Shown here piece by piece: positions 9,097 through 19,724 of a stretch of 64,000 nucleotides of DNA; positions within the stretch are counted from its first letter, which is position 1; every line of letters begins with the position of its first letter. The position numbers and the translations under genes are program-made. Origin of the DNA: Alphaproteobacteria bacterium (GTDB taxonomy: Bacteria; Pseudomonadota; Alphaproteobacteria; SMXQ01); NCBI GenBank assembly GCA_035714115.1, contig DASTMO010000078.1, positions 42,461-106,460 on the forward strand, given 5' to 3'. Below the pieces are notes generated by a model, which made no database searches, was not told the DNA's origin, and saw nothing but the letters and a program-made list of their open reading frames with translations.

Positions 9097-10818
9097 TTGA
9101 TGTCCATGACCGTCACCGCGCCTCCCGCTGCCGCGAATGAAACACCTGCCGCCCCGGCCCTGCCGGGGGCGAAGCTGCTGCCGCTTTGCCGCGACGCTTT
9201 GGCGGCCGCGCGCAGCTACGGCGAGGCCGCGCGCCAGTCGGTCACGGCGCTCCTTGTAACGGCCGGAAAAGTCGACGCGGCGAAACTCGACGCCCATCAA
9301 TTTGCCGCCCATGCGCTGGCCTGGACCGCCACCTATGTCGAAGCCTTGGGCCAGATGCTCGCTTGGGCCGAGCGGTTAGAGGCCGAGAGCAAATTCGGCG
9401 AATTGGAGTGGCTCATCCTGCAGGCGGCGTACGGCGAATATCTCGCCCAACTCGCCGGCGGCATCTCGCTGGCGCAAGGCGAGATCGCGCGCCACGGCGA
9501 TATGGGGCTGCCGCACGAAAGCCTGCGCGCGCTGTTCGTGCCCGCCGCCACGCAACTGATCGCCGCCGGCAACAGCGCCGCGGCGCGCCAGCGCCTCGCT
9601 GAACTGGTGAACGAGAACCGCTTCGGCGATCCCGGCCTCGGCGACGAGACGCTGGAGGCCGTGCAGAGCGAGTTTCGCCGCTTCACCGAAGAGACGATCG
9701 CGCCCCACGCCCACGGCTGGCATCTGCAGAACCAGCTGATCCCGCTGGACGTGATCGAGAAGCTCGCCGAACTCGGCGTTTTCGGCCTGACCGTGCCGGA
9801 GGAATATGGCGGCTTAGGCATGAACCGCATCGCTCTTTGCGTCGTCACCGAGGAATTGAGCCGCGGCTATATTGGCGTCGGCTCGCTCGGTACGCGTTCG
9901 GAAATCGCCGGCGAACTGATCCGTCTCGGCGGCACCGACGCGCAGAAGCAGAAATATCTGCCGAAGATCGCCAGCGGCGAGATTCTGCCGACCGCCGTCT
10001 TCACCGAGCCCAATACAGGCTCCGATCTCGGCGCTTTACGCACCCGCGCCGTGCGCGCGAAGCGCGACGGCAAGGACGTCTATCTCATCACCGGCAACAA
10101 GACCTGGATCACTCACGCCGCGCGCTCGGACATGATGACGCTGTTGGCGCGCACCGATCCGAACGAACCGGGCTGGAAGGGTCTCTCGATGTTCCTCGCG
10201 GAAAAGCCGCGCGGCACAGACGAGAACCCGTTCCCCGCGCCGGGCATGAGCGGCGGCGAGATCGAAGTGCTCGGCTATCGCGGCATGAAGGAATATGAGC
10301 TCGGCTTCGACGAATTCATCGTGCCGACGGAGAACCTGCTCGGCGGCGTCGAAGGCCAGGGCTTCAAGCAATTGATGCAGACCTTCGAGGTGGCGCGCAT
10401 CCAGACCGCGGCGCGCGCCGTCGGCGTGGCGCAGAACGCCATGGAGCTGGCGCTGTCCTATGCCCAGTCGCGCAAGCAGTTCGGCCGCAGCATCGGCGAA
10501 TTCCCGCGCGTCGCCGGCAAGATCGCCTGGATGGCGGTCGAAACCATGATCGCCCGCCAGCTCGCCTATTTCGCCGCGCGCGAGAAGGATTCGGAGCGGC
10601 GCTGCGACCGCGAGGCCGGCATGGCCAAACTGCTCGGCGCGCGCGTCGCCTGGTCGAACGCCGACAATGCCTTGCAGATTCACGGCGGCAACGGCTATGC
10701 CCTCGAATATCAGATCAGCCGGGTGCTGTGCGACGCGCGCATCCTCAATATTTTCGAAGGCGCGGCCGAGATCCAGGCTCAGGTGATCGCGCGCGGCATC
10801 CTCGACGGGAGAAACTGA
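9097..10818 (+). CDS. Acyl-CoA dehydrogenase family protein (long N-terminal extension)
   Basis: 573 aa. ACAD middle and C-terminal motifs (ITGNKTWITHA, ALQIHGGNGY, NIFEGAAEIQ). Confidence 0.85.
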   Translation: MMSMTVTAPPAAANETPAAPALPGAKLLPLCRDALAAARSYGEAARQSVTALLVTAGKVDAAKLDAHQFAAHALAWTATYVEALGQMLAWAERLEAESKFGELEWLILQAAYGEYLAQLAGGISLAQGEIARHGDMGLPHESLRALFVPAATQLIAAGNSAAARQRLAELVNENRFGDPGLGDETLEAVQSEFRRFTEETIAPHAHGWHLQNQLIPLDVIEKLAELGVFGLTVPEEYGGLGMNRIALCVVTEELSRGYIGVGSLGTRSEIAGELIRLGGTDAQKQKYLPKIASGEILPTAVFTEPNTGSDLGALRTRAVRAKRDGKDVYLITGNKTWITHAARSDMMTLLARTDPNEPGWKGLSMFLAEKPRGTDENPFPAPGMSGGEIEVLGYRGMKEYELGFDEFIVPTENLLGGVEGQGFKQLMQTFEVARIQTAARAVGVAQNAMELALSYAQSRKQFGRSIGEFPRVAGKIAWMAVETMIARQLAYFAAREKDSERRCDREAGMAKLLGARVAWSNADNALQIHGGNGYALEYQISRVLCDARILNIFEGAAEIQAQVIARGILDGRN

Positions 10819-10819
10819 C

Positions 10820-11026
10820 ATGTCCGAAGGCATGAACACCGCCTTCACCGTGATGATCGGCGTCGCCGCCCTGGCGACGCTGGCGGTGGTTTTCATCGGC
10901 GTCATCAACATGAGCCGCAAGGGCCACGACCCGCGCACCTCGAACAAGCTGATGCGTTGGCGCATCATTCTGCAGGCGGTGGCGATCGGCCTGATCGTGC
11001 TGTTCCTGCTGATCGCGAAACGCTGA
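10820..11026 (+). CDS. Twin transmembrane helix small protein (HIG1-like)
   Basis: 68 aa, two hydrophobic helices separated by RKGHDPRTSNKLMRWR. Tightly packed between the ACAD and pduO genes. Confidence 0.55.
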   Translation: MSEGMNTAFTVMIGVAALATLAVVFIGVINMSRKGHDPRTSNKLMRWRIILQAVAIGLIVLFLLIAKR

Positions 11027-11589
11027 TGGTCAAACTCACCAGGATCTACACGCGCGGCGGCGATGCGGGCGAAACCTCGCTCGGCGACGGCGCGCGCGTG
11101 CCTAAGCACGATCTGCGCGTCGAGGCGATGGGAGCGGTGGACGAGGCCAATGCGGCCGTCGGTCTGGCGCGTCTGCATGTGGATGGCGATTTCGACGCCA
11201 TGCTCGGGCGCATCCAGAACGACCTGTTCGATCTTGGCGCCGATCTCTGCGTGCCCGAGGGAGCCGAACGGACGAACGGCGCGTTACGCATCGTCCAGAC
11301 GCAGATCGACCGACTCGAGCGCGAGATCGACGCCATGAACGCCAAGCTCGCGCCGCTCAATTCCTTCATCCTGCCCGGCGGCAGCGCGGCGAGCGCCAAT
11401 CTGCATTTGGCGCGAACCGTGGCGCGCCGCGCCGAACGGCTGATGACGGCGCTGGCGGCGCGCGAGCGCCTCAACCCGCTGGCAGTGGCCTATATCAACC
11501 GCCTGTCGGATCATCTGTTCGTGCTGGCGCGCGCGCTCAACGACAATGGCGCGCGGGACGTTCTCTGGACTCCCGGCGCCAATCGTTAA
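11026..11589 (+). CDS. pduO: PduO-type ATP:cob(I)alamin adenosyltransferase
   Basis: ATG 11026 overlapping the upstream stop. MVKLTRIYTRGGDAGETSLGDG is the canonical N-terminus of PduO-type adenosyltransferases. Confidence 0.85.
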   Translation: MVKLTRIYTRGGDAGETSLGDGARVPKHDLRVEAMGAVDEANAAVGLARLHVDGDFDAMLGRIQNDLFDLGADLCVPEGAERTNGALRIVQTQIDRLEREIDAMNAKLAPLNSFILPGGSAASANLHLARTVARRAERLMTALAARERLNPLAVAYINRLSDHLFVLARALNDNGARDVLWTPGANR

Positions 11590-11614
11590 TCTATTTGAAA
11601 AGATTAATCTTTTT
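11586..11614 (+). terminator. AT-rich hairpin TTAATCT-N8-AGATTAA plus T-run overlapping the pduO stop codon
   Basis: 7-bp perfect inverted repeat at 11586-11592 / 11601-11607, followed by tcttttt. Either a weak intrinsic terminator or an operator upstream of hbd. Confidence 0.3.
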
Positions 11615-11740
11615 GCCATACGATCCGCCCTTGGCCTGATCTAGCCCCTTGCCAGCTGGGTGTCGATAGTGGTTATGTTGCGCCGCAACATACACCGGCG
11701 CGCGAAGTCTGAGACCCCGCGCCTCTTCCAGAGGGCAGTC

Positions 11741-12613
11741 ATGATCGAGAAGGTCGGCGTCGTCGGCGCGGGACAAATGGGCAGCGGCATCGCGCATGTG
11801 ATGGCGCAGTCCGGCATCGACGTGATGCTCGTCGACATCAACGCGCAGCAGCTCGAGAAAGCGCTCGCCACGATCCGCAAGAACATGGAGCGCCAGGTCG
11901 CCAAGGGCGTGCTGAAGGCGGATGACGTGCCGCTCGCCCTCGGCCGCATCAAGACCAGCGGCGACATGGCCGATCTGGGCGATCGCGACCTCGTCATCGA
12001 GGCCGCCACCGAGAACGAGAAGATCAAGACGGCGATCTTCAAGGATCTCATCGGCCATCTGAAAGGCGACTGCATGGTCGCCTCCAACACCTCCTCGATC
12101 TCGATCACGCGCCTCGCCGCCGCCACCGACCGGCCGGACAAATTCATCGGCATGCATTTCATGAATCCGGTGCCGGTGATGAAGCTGGTGGAGATCATCC
12201 CCGGCATCGCCACGGCCAAGAGCACGCTCGAATCCGTGCGCACGCTCGCCGAGAGGATCGGCAAGTCGCCGGTCGCCTCGGAAGATTACCCGGCCTTCAT
12301 CGTCAACCGCATCCTGCTGCCGATGATCAACGAAGCGGTCTACGCGCTCTATGAGGGCGTCGGCACCGTCTCGGCCATCGATACGGCGATGAAGCTCGGC
12401 GCCGCCCATCCGATGGGTCCGCTGGAGCTCGCCGACTTCATCGGCCTCGACACCTGCCTCAGCATCATGCAGGTGCTCTACGAAGGCCTCGCCGACAGCA
12501 AATACCGCCCCTGCCCGCTGCTGGTGAAATATGTCGAAGCCGGCTGGTATGGCCGCAAGAGCGGCAAGGGCTTCTACGATTATTCCGGCGATAAGCCCGT
12601 TCCCACGCGCTGA
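11741..12613 (+). CDS. hbd: 3-hydroxybutyryl-CoA dehydrogenase
   Basis: Start at [18 protein letters not shown] (Rossmann GxGxxG). The 3HCDH N and C domains are recognisable. Confidence 0.85.
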   Translation: MIEKVGVVGAGQMGSGIAHVMAQSGIDVMLVDINAQQLEKALATIRKNMERQVAKGVLKADDVPLALGRIKTSGDMADLGDRDLVIEAATENEKIKTAIFKDLIGHLKGDCMVASNTSSISITRLAAATDRPDKFIGMHFMNPVPVMKLVEIIPGIATAKSTLESVRTLAERIGKSPVASEDYPAFIVNRILLPMINEAVYALYEGVGTVSAIDTAMKLGAAHPMGPLELADFIGLDTCLSIMQVLYEGLADSKYRPCPLLVKYVEAGWYGRKSGKGFYDYSGDKPVPTR

Positions 12614-12670
12614 GCTTGCACGCTAAGCTTCCGGCGCGGCGCGACAAGACGCCGCGCCAGGGAGCCGCAC

Positions 12671-13165
12671 ATGCCCATTAAAACCGGCGCACCGATGCCG
12701 CCGCTGTCTCTGCCGCTGGTGGGTGGCGGAAACTTCACGCTGAACGCGCCGCCGCCCGGCCATTACACCCTGCTGGTGTTCTATCGCGGGCTGCATTGCC
12801 GGCGCTGCCCGGCGCATCTCGCGTCTTTCCAGGCCGCCCTCGACGATTTCATCTCGCTCGGCGTGCAAGTCGTCGCCGTCAGCTCCGACGACGCGGCGCG
12901 CGCGGCCCAATCGGCCAAGGACTGGGGCATCGACCGGCTGCCCATCGCTTACGGCTTTCCCCTCGCCGCCGCGGCGGACTGGGGACTTTATGTCTCCGAG
13001 GCGGCCAAGCCCGGCGATCCGGCGCGCTTCACCGAACCGGCCTTCTTCTGCATCGACCGCGATGGGCGGCTGGACAGCGCGGCGATCAACACCGGCCCGC
13101 GCCTGCGCGTCAGCGCCGGCGAAGCGCTCGCTCATGTGCGCGCCCGCCTGAAAGGCGGCGAATAG
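12671..13165 (+). CDS. Redoxin/peroxiredoxin-like thioredoxin-fold protein
   Basis: 164 aa; LLVFYRGLHCRRCPAHL resembles the AhpC/TSA-type active-site region. Confidence 0.55.
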   Translation: MPIKTGAPMPPLSLPLVGGGNFTLNAPPPGHYTLLVFYRGLHCRRCPAHLASFQAALDDFISLGVQVVAVSSDDAARAAQSAKDWGIDRLPIAYGFPLAAAADWGLYVSEAAKPGDPARFTEPAFFCIDRDGRLDSAAINTGPRLRVSAGEALAHVRARLKGGE

Positions 13166-13747
13166 CTATTTGACGAGCGCGGCCTTGATCAGCGCCTTGG
13201 CTTCGTCGCTGTCCCAGGCGGCGGGACCGGACAGGCGGCCGAGCTCGCGCCCCTGGCGGTCGATCAGGATCGTCACCGGCAATTCGCGAATCGCCAAGGC
13301 GCGCGCCGCTTCGCCGCGCGAATCGAAGCGCATGGCCAATTCGCGCAGTTCCAGCTTTTTGTAGAACGGCTCGACCACGGCGAGGCCGGTGCGATCCTGC
13401 GACAAGGCCAGCACGGTGAGGCCATCATTCTTGAAGGCCTTTTGCAGGCGATCGAGCGCGGTCATTTCCGTCACGCAAGGGGCGCACCAGGTCGCCCAAA
13501 AATTGACGAGCGTCACCTGCCCTTTCAAGCCGGAAAGCTGCAGCCGGCGGCCCTTTTCGTCGAGAAAGGCCACGTCGGGCGCTGGCTGGGGCGGGCTGGC
13601 CGGGCTAAAGTCCTGAAATTCGCCGCGAAAGGCCGGCAAGGCGACCCGATCCGGGGTTGATCCGCGCTCGGATTTGCCCGATACCACCAACGCGCCGCCG
13701 CCGATCGCGGCCAAAACGAGCGCCGCCGCGATGACCGTCATGGTCAT
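13166..13747 (-). CDS. TlpA-family thiol:disulfide interchange protein (membrane-anchored thioredoxin)
   Basis: Start placed at [17 protein letters not shown] (signal anchor). WATWCAPC thioredoxin motif. Confidence 0.75.
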   Translation of the reverse strand: MTMTVIAAALVLAAIGGGALVVSGKSERGSTPDRVALPAFRGEFQDFSPASPPQPAPDVAFLDEKGRRLQLSGLKGQVTLVNFWATWCAPCVTEMTALDRLQKAFKNDGLTVLALSQDRTGLAVVEPFYKKLELRELAMRFDSRGEAARALAIRELPVTILIDRQGRELGRLSGPAAWDSDEAKALIKAALVK

Positions 13748-13784
13748 CACTTTGTTTCGCCGCCAACCGCTAGATCCTGTCGTC

Positions 13785-15209
13785 ATGTCCAAACGCCCGT
13801 CCAAAAAACCCGCCGCCAAGAAGAACGCCAACACGATGTGGGGCGGCCGTTTCGAGACCGGCCCCGACGCGCTGATGTCGCGCATCAACGCCTCCATCGA
13901 CTTCGACAAGCGGCTCTACGCGCAAGACATCCGCGCCTCGATCGCGCATGCCCAGATGCTGGGCAAGCAGCGCATCATCGCGCGCACGGACGTCGCCGCC
14001 ATCGTCGCCGGCCTGTCGAAGATACTGCAACAAATCGAGCGCGGCGCGTTCGAATTCAAGACGGAACTGGAAGACATCCATCTCAACGTCGAAAAGCGCC
14101 TGACCGACATGATCGGCCCCGCCGGCGGCCGGCTGCACACGGGCCGCTCGCGCAACGACCAGGTGGCGACCGACTTCCGCCTCTGGGTGCGCGACTGCAT
14201 CGACGCCACCGACCGCGCGCTCGGCGCGCTGCAAGAAGCGCTGATCGGCAAGGCCGAAACGCATGCCGCCACCGTCATGCCGGGCTTCACCCATCTGCAG
14301 AGCGCCCAGCCGGTGACCTTCGGCCATCACATGCTCGCCTATGTCGAGATGATCGGACGCGACCGCGGCCGCTTCATGGACGCGCGCGCGCGCGTCAACG
14401 AATCGCCGCTCGGCGCCGCCGCGCTCGCCGGCACCTCTTTCCCGATCGACCGCGAGGCGACCGCCAAGGCGCTCGGCTTCGCCCGTCCTCTGGCCAATTC
14501 GATGGACGCCGTCTCGGCGCGCGACTTCGCCTTGGAATTCCTCGCGGCCTGCGCGATCTGCGCCACGCATCTGTCGCGCATGGCCGAAGAGCTGGTGATC
14601 TGGTCGTCGCCGCAGTTCGCCTTCGTGAAACTGTCGGACGGCTTCACCACCGGCTCGTCGATCATGCCGCAAAAGCGCAACCCGGACGCCGCCGAACTGA
14701 TCCGCGCCAAGACCGGGCGCATCGCCGGCGCGCTGGTCGGCCTGCTGACGGTGATGAAAGGCCTGCCGCTCGCCTACAGCAAGGACATGCAGGAGGACAA
14801 GGAGCCGCTGTTCGACGCCGCGGACTCTCTCTCCCTCGCCGTGCATGCCATGACCGGCATGATGAGCAGCCTGACGGTGAACGAAGCGCGCTTGCGCGCC
14901 GCCGCGTCGGCCGGTTTCTCGACCGCGACCGATCTGGCCGATTGGCTTGTGCGCGAAGCGAATTTGCCGTTCCGCGAAGCCCATCATGTGACGGGCAGCC
15001 TGGTGAAGCTCGCCGAGAGCAAGGGTTGCGAGCTCGCCGATCTGTCGCTCGCCGAAATGCAGGCCGCCGACAAACGCATCACCAAGAGCATTTACGGCGT
15101 GCTCTCCGTCGACAAATCGGTGGCCAGCCGCACCAGCTTGGGCGGCACCGCGCCGGTGCGCGTGCGCGCCGCCGCCAAGGCCGCCCGCAAAAAGTTTCTG
15201 AAGGGCTGA
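13785..15209 (+). CDS. argH: Argininosuccinate lyase
   Basis: ATG 13785 ([26 protein letters not shown]). Fumarate-lyase signature [12 protein letters not shown]. Confidence 0.9.
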   Translation: MSKRPSKKPAAKKNANTMWGGRFETGPDALMSRINASIDFDKRLYAQDIRASIAHAQMLGKQRIIARTDVAAIVAGLSKILQQIERGAFEFKTELEDIHLNVEKRLTDMIGPAGGRLHTGRSRNDQVATDFRLWVRDCIDATDRALGALQEALIGKAETHAATVMPGFTHLQSAQPVTFGHHMLAYVEMIGRDRGRFMDARARVNESPLGAAALAGTSFPIDREATAKALGFARPLANSMDAVSARDFALEFLAACAICATHLSRMAEELVIWSSPQFAFVKLSDGFTTGSSIMPQKRNPDAAELIRAKTGRIAGALVGLLTVMKGLPLAYSKDMQEDKEPLFDAADSLSLAVHAMTGMMSSLTVNEARLRAAASAGFSTATDLADWLVREANLPFREAHHVTGSLVKLAESKGCELADLSLAEMQAADKRITKSIYGVLSVDKSVASRTSLGGTAPVRVRAAAKAARKKFLKG

Positions 15210-15211
15210 TC

Positions 15212-15352
15212 ATGCCGAAGCCGCTCCGCACTCTCGCGCTCCTGATGCTCGTCGCGGCGCTCGCCGCTCCGCTGGCCGCCTGCGGCAAGAAGGGGCCACC
15301 GCAGCCGCCCGACGAGAACAGCGAATATCCGCGCAACTATCCGACGCGCTGA
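15212..15352 (+). CDS. Small lipoprotein (46 aa) between argH and lysA
   Basis: MPKPLRTLALLMLVAALAAPLAACGKK, a signal peptide with lipobox LAAC. Confidence 0.45.
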   Translation: MPKPLRTLALLMLVAALAAPLAACGKKGPPQPPDENSEYPRNYPTR

Positions 15353-15358
15353 TCCAGC

Positions 15359-16624
15359 ATGAACGCTTTCGCTTATCAGAACGGCGCGCTCGCCTGCGAA
15401 TCCGTGCCGCTCGCCAAGATCGCCGAAGCCGTCGGCACGCCGGTTTACGTCTATTCCAGCGCCGCGCTCGAAGCGCAGTATCGCGCCTTCGCCGATGCCT
15501 TCGTCGGCCAGAACGCCCGCGTCTGCTTTGCCGTGAAGGCCAATTCCAACCAAGCCGTGATCCGCACCTTTGCCGCGCTCGGCGCCGGTGCTGACGTGCT
15601 GTCGGAAGGCGAGCTGCGCCGCGCGCTCGCCGCCGGTGTGCCGGCCGAGAAGGTCGTGTTCTCCGGCGTCGGCAAGTCGCGCGAGGAAATGGCCTTCGCG
15701 CTCAAAGCCGGTATCGGTCAGTTCAACGTCGAATCGATTCCCGAACTGCGCCAACTCAGCGAAGTGGCAAGTGGCCTCGGCAAGACCGCCCATATCGCCG
15801 TGCGCGTGAACCCGGACGTGGACGCCAAGACCCACGCCAAGATCACCACCGGCAAGAAAGAGAACAAGTTCGGCATCGATTACGACGTCGCGCCCGCCGT
15901 CTATGCCGAAGCCGCGAAGCTTCCAGGCATCAAGGCGCTCGGTATCGCCGTGCATATCGGCTCGCAGCTCTTGGACCTCGCGCCGTTCCGCGACGCTTTC
16001 GTGCTGATCGCGGACTTGGCGCAACGCTTGCGCGCCGAAGGCCACGATATCCGCCGCCTCGACCTCGGCGGCGGCCTCGGCATCTCTTATCAAAGCGAGA
16101 CGCCGCCGCCGCCTTCGGCTTATGCCGCCGTGGTGAAGGAAGCCGTCGGTCATCTCAATTGCGAGCTGACCTTCGAGCCGGGCCGCCTGCTGGTCGGCAA
16201 CGCCGGCGTACTGGTCTCGCGCGTGCTCTATGTGAAGGACGGCTCCGATCGCCGCTTCGTCATCGTCGATGCCGCCATGAACGACCTGATGCGCCCGGCG
16301 CTCTATGAGGCTTGGCACGACATCCGCCCGCTGGCCGAACCGGCCGCCGGCACGACCATCGCGCCCGTCGATGTCGTCGGCCCGGTCTGCGAGACTACCG
16401 ACATCTTCGCCAAGGACCGCGAATTGCCGCCGCTGGCTGCCGACGATCTCGTCGCCTTCGCTTCGGCCGGCGCATACGGCGCGGTCATGGCGTCGGACTA
16501 CAACAGCCGCCCGCTGGTCCCCGAAGTGCTGGTGAAGGGCGGCGAGTTCGCCGTCATCCGCCCGCGCCAGAGTTACGAGGATATGCTGGGGCGCGATCAG
16601 GTCGCCCCCTGGCAGACGAAATAG
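15359..16624 (+). CDS. lysA: Diaminopimelate decarboxylase
   Basis: 421 aa. PLP-lysine region CFAVKAN and the DLGGGLGI motif. Confidence 0.9.
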   Translation: MNAFAYQNGALACESVPLAKIAEAVGTPVYVYSSAALEAQYRAFADAFVGQNARVCFAVKANSNQAVIRTFAALGAGADVLSEGELRRALAAGVPAEKVVFSGVGKSREEMAFALKAGIGQFNVESIPELRQLSEVASGLGKTAHIAVRVNPDVDAKTHAKITTGKKENKFGIDYDVAPAVYAEAAKLPGIKALGIAVHIGSQLLDLAPFRDAFVLIADLAQRLRAEGHDIRRLDLGGGLGISYQSETPPPPSAYAAVVKEAVGHLNCELTFEPGRLLVGNAGVLVSRVLYVKDGSDRRFVIVDAAMNDLMRPALYEAWHDIRPLAEPAAGTTIAPVDVVGPVCETTDIFAKDRELPPLAADDLVAFASAGAYGAVMASDYNSRPLVPEVLVKGGEFAVIRPRQSYEDMLGRDQVAPWQTK

Positions 16625-16689
16625 TCAGCCGCCCCAATTACTTGCCTAAAAGCACAGCGATCACCGCGCTAACGCAGCGGTGATCGGCC

Positions 16690-19299
16690 ATGCCCGAATC
16701 CCAAGTGCGGTTCCTGGCAAAGCGTGGCATCGTTGCGAAGATGACCGCGACCGCCGACCCGACGCCCGCCGAGACGGGCTCCGCGCCGGACCAGCTTCTC
16801 CGACCGAGAGGACTGGACGGACGGCTGTGGCTCGCGCGCGGTGCGCTGTTCTGGGAAAAGCTGTGGCCCGGCCTGTGGCCCGCCCTCGGCGTGATCGGCC
16901 TCTTTCTCGTTTTCGCCCTGTTCGACGCGTTGCCCGGTCTGCCAGTCTGGGCGCATGGCATCGCGCTCGCCTTCTTCGCCGTAGCGCTGATCGGCGCGCT
17001 GTGGTTCGGCCTGCGCAAGATCGACCTGCCCGGCTTCGGCCCGGCGCGCCGGCGCATCGAGACCGTCACCGGCTTGGCCCACCGTCCACTCGACACCTTG
17101 CGCGACAAAATCGCCGCCGGGGCGAACGATCCGGCCGCCGCCGCCTTGTGGGAACTGCATCAACGGCGCGCCCGCGCCAGCATCGAGCGGCTGCGCGTCG
17201 GCCTGCCGCAGCCCGGCCTCGCCAAGCGCGATCCTTACGCTTTGCGCGCCGCACTCCTGCTGCTGCTCAGCGTCGGCGTCATCATTTCTTGGGGCGACGG
17301 CCGCGCGCGCATCGCCCGCGCTTTCCTGCCAGGCAGCGGCGCGCCGGCGGCGCAGCTCGCGCTCGACGTTTGGATCACGCCGCCGAGCTACACCGGCCTC
17401 GCGCCGGTCCATCTGGCGCGGCGCGGCGCGCCCAATCTCGTCGCGAACGGCACCGCCGGCGAAGACGGCCCCATCGCCATTCCCGTCGGCTCCACCGTGC
17501 TCGCCCAATTGCAGGGCGGCCGCAAAGTGCCGAATCTGTCGCTCGGCGAATTCGCTCAAAGCTTTGATGCCGTCGATAGCGGCTCGTTCCGCCTCACCGC
17601 GCCGATCGAGACGGTCAGCGACGGCGCCCAGCGCCTGAGCGTGACGCAGAACGGCAAGGAGATCGCCGGCTGGCCGGTCAACGTGCTGGCCGACAACGAT
17701 CCGGAAATCGCCATGCCGACGCCGCCGGCCCGCACCGAGCGCGGTGCGTTGCGCCTGTCTTACGAAGGCTCCGACGATTACGGTATCGTCAGCTTGCAAG
17801 CGGTGGTGCGCCGCGCGTCAACCGGCGACGGCATCGGCACGCAGCCGCTGGCGCTCGACATGCCGGTCTCCAGCCGCAACGCCAAGACGATCAAAGGCAG
17901 CGGCTTTCACGATCTGACCGCCCATCCTTGGGCCGGCCTGCCGGTGACGCTGCAGCTCGTCGCCAAGGACGCGCTCGGCCAGGTCGCCGTCACCGAGCTG
18001 GTGCCCTTCGTACTGCCCGAGCGCGATTTCCAGCATCCGGTGGCGCGCGCCATCGTCGAGCTGCGCAAGCTCTTGGCGCTCTCGCCGCGCAATCGCGAGG
18101 CGGTGCGCAACGGCCTGACCGACATCGCCGAAGCGCCGCAGGCCTTCGGCAACGACACCGTGACCTTCCTGGCCCTGCGGTCGGCGTCGGCGCGCCTGCG
18201 CTACGGCGGGGACGACGAGACCATCGCCTCGGTGCAGTCGCTGCTGTGGGACACGGCGCTGCGCATCGAGGACGGCCGCATGTCGCTGGTCGAGCGCGAG
18301 CTGCGCGACCTGCAAAACCAGCTGCAGCAGGCGCTGCAGCGGGGCGCCCCGCAGAACGAGATCGACCGCCTGATCAATCAGCTGCAGCAGGCGATGAACC
18401 GCATGATCCAGGAGATGCTGCGCAACGCGCAGAACATGCCGCCGCAGCAGATGCCCTACGATCCCAACGCGCGCTATGTCACGAGCGACGAATTGCAGCG
18501 CATGCTCGAGGCGGCGCGCGAAATGGCGCGCAACGGCGACATGGACGGCGCGCGCGAGTTGCTGGCGCAGCTGCAGCAGATGCTCGAAAGTCTGCAATCG
18601 AGCCAGAACGCTCAATCGCAGCAGCAGATGCAGCAGCAACAGCAGGCGAACGAGATGATGCGCCAGATGCAGGAGCTGATGCGGCGCCAGCGCGAGCTGA
18701 TGGAGCAGACCTACCGCGACGCGCAAGGCCAGAATCAGCAAGGCCAGAATCAGCAAGGGCGGAATCAGCAAGGCCAGCAGGGCCAGGCCGAGCAGGAAGC
18801 GTTGCGCCGCATGCTCGGCGACATGATGCGCCAGCTCGGCGAGATGGGCGGCCAGATCCCTGAGGGCTTCGGCAATGCCGAACGCTCGATGAACGATGCC
18901 GGTCAGGCGCTCGGCAGCGGCCAGCCCGGCCAGGCGCTCGGGCCGCAGGCCAATGCGCTCGAGCAATTGCAGCAGGGCGCCGGCCAGATGATGCAGCAGC
19001 TGCAGCAGATGATGGGCCAGGGCCAAGGGCCGGGACAACCCGGCCAGCAGATGGGCCAGCCGGGACAGCCGGGCGGCCCGCAGCAGCCGCGCCCCGGCGA
19101 TCGCAGCTTCGATCCGCTCGGCCGCCAGGCGCCGAGCAGCACCAGCGAACGCGAGGAGACCTTCGGCCGCGGTCTGCCCAAGGCCGGCGATATGCTGCAA
19201 TCGCGCGAGATTCTCGAAGAGCTCCGCCGCCGCGCCGGCGAAGCTGAACGGCCCAAGCTCGAACTGGATTATATTGATCGTTTGCTCCGCCGTTTCTAA
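16690..19299 (+). CDS. Large membrane-anchored DUF4175/TIGR02302-like protein with a long C-terminal Q-rich low-complexity region
   Basis: 869 aa. N-terminal TM helices (LWPGLWPALGVIGLFLVFALF), a globular middle section, then ~250 aa rich in Q/M/G repeats. Confidence 0.6.
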   Translation: MPESQVRFLAKRGIVAKMTATADPTPAETGSAPDQLLRPRGLDGRLWLARGALFWEKLWPGLWPALGVIGLFLVFALFDALPGLPVWAHGIALAFFAVALIGALWFGLRKIDLPGFGPARRRIETVTGLAHRPLDTLRDKIAAGANDPAAAALWELHQRRARASIERLRVGLPQPGLAKRDPYALRAALLLLLSVGVIISWGDGRARIARAFLPGSGAPAAQLALDVWITPPSYTGLAPVHLARRGAPNLVANGTAGEDGPIAIPVGSTVLAQLQGGRKVPNLSLGEFAQSFDAVDSGSFRLTAPIETVSDGAQRLSVTQNGKEIAGWPVNVLADNDPEIAMPTPPARTERGALRLSYEGSDDYGIVSLQAVVRRASTGDGIGTQPLALDMPVSSRNAKTIKGSGFHDLTAHPWAGLPVTLQLVAKDALGQVAVTELVPFVLPERDFQHPVARAIVELRKLLALSPRNREAVRNGLTDIAEAPQAFGNDTVTFLALRSASARLRYGGDDETIASVQSLLWDTALRIEDGRMSLVERELRDLQNQLQQALQRGAPQNEIDRLINQLQQAMNRMIQEMLRNAQNMPPQQMPYDPNARYVTSDELQRMLEAAREMARNGDMDGARELLAQLQQMLESLQSSQNAQSQQQMQQQQQANEMMRQMQELMRRQRELMEQTYRDAQGQNQQGQNQQGRNQQGQQGQAEQEALRRMLGDMMRQLGEMGGQIPEGFGNAERSMNDAGQALGSGQPGQALGPQANALEQLQQGAGQMMQQLQQMMGQGQGPGQPGQQMGQPGQPGGPQQPRPGDRSFDPLGRQAPSSTSEREETFGRGLPKAGDMLQSREILEELRRRAGEAERPKLELDYIDRLLRRF
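18724..18783 (+). repeat. 15-bp tandem repeat (caaggccagaatcag, about 4 copies) encoding a QGQNQ repeat inside the Q-rich region
   Basis: Direct tandem copies visible in the sequence at 18724-18783. Confidence 0.6.
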
Positions 19300-19348
19300 C
19301 GGCGTCGCGGGGGATAGATTGCTGCGCCGCTTTTAACGGCGGGAACGG

Positions 19349-19714
19349 CTAGTATTTGCCGGCGAGAGCGGCTTCCGCCGCGTCGCAGATTTCCTTCAGG
19401 CTGAACGGCTTCGGCACGACCTTGTGGATCAGCACATCCAGGTTGTGCGCGCGCTGCCGCTCGGCGCTATAGCCCGACATCATCAGAATGCGCAGCTCGG
19501 GCTTGTCCTTCGCCATCTTGAGCGCGAGGGCGATGCCGTCCATGCCTGGCATGACGATGTCGGTGATCAGCAGGTCGAAGGTCTCGGTCTGCAGCACGGT
19601 GAGCGCCTGTAGGCCGTCTTCGACGACGGTCACATCATGGCCGCGATGATCGAGCGCGCGTTTGACGAATTCGCGGACCGCCCGGTCGTCTTCCGCCACC
19701 AGAATGCGCGCCAT
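19349..19714 (-). CDS. cpdR: Single-domain CheY-like response regulator (CpdR-like)
   Basis: 121 aa. MARILVAEDD...DLLITDIVMPGMDG receiver domain with no output domain. Confidence 0.7.
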   Translation of the reverse strand: MARILVAEDDRAVREFVKRALDHRGHDVTVVEDGLQALTVLQTETFDLLITDIVMPGMDGIALALKMAKDKPELRILMMSGYSAERQRAHNLDVLIHKVVPKPFSLKEICDAAEAALAGKY

Positions 19715-19724
19715 GTGGCCCCCG

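Noticed and set aside
17818-19200. 460-aa minus-strand ORF rich in Leu/Ala/His
   Set aside because: It is the antisense reading of the CAG/CAA-rich poly-Q coding region (CTG gives poly-Leu). It lacks start context and has no protein-like pattern. It is an artefact of the repeat.
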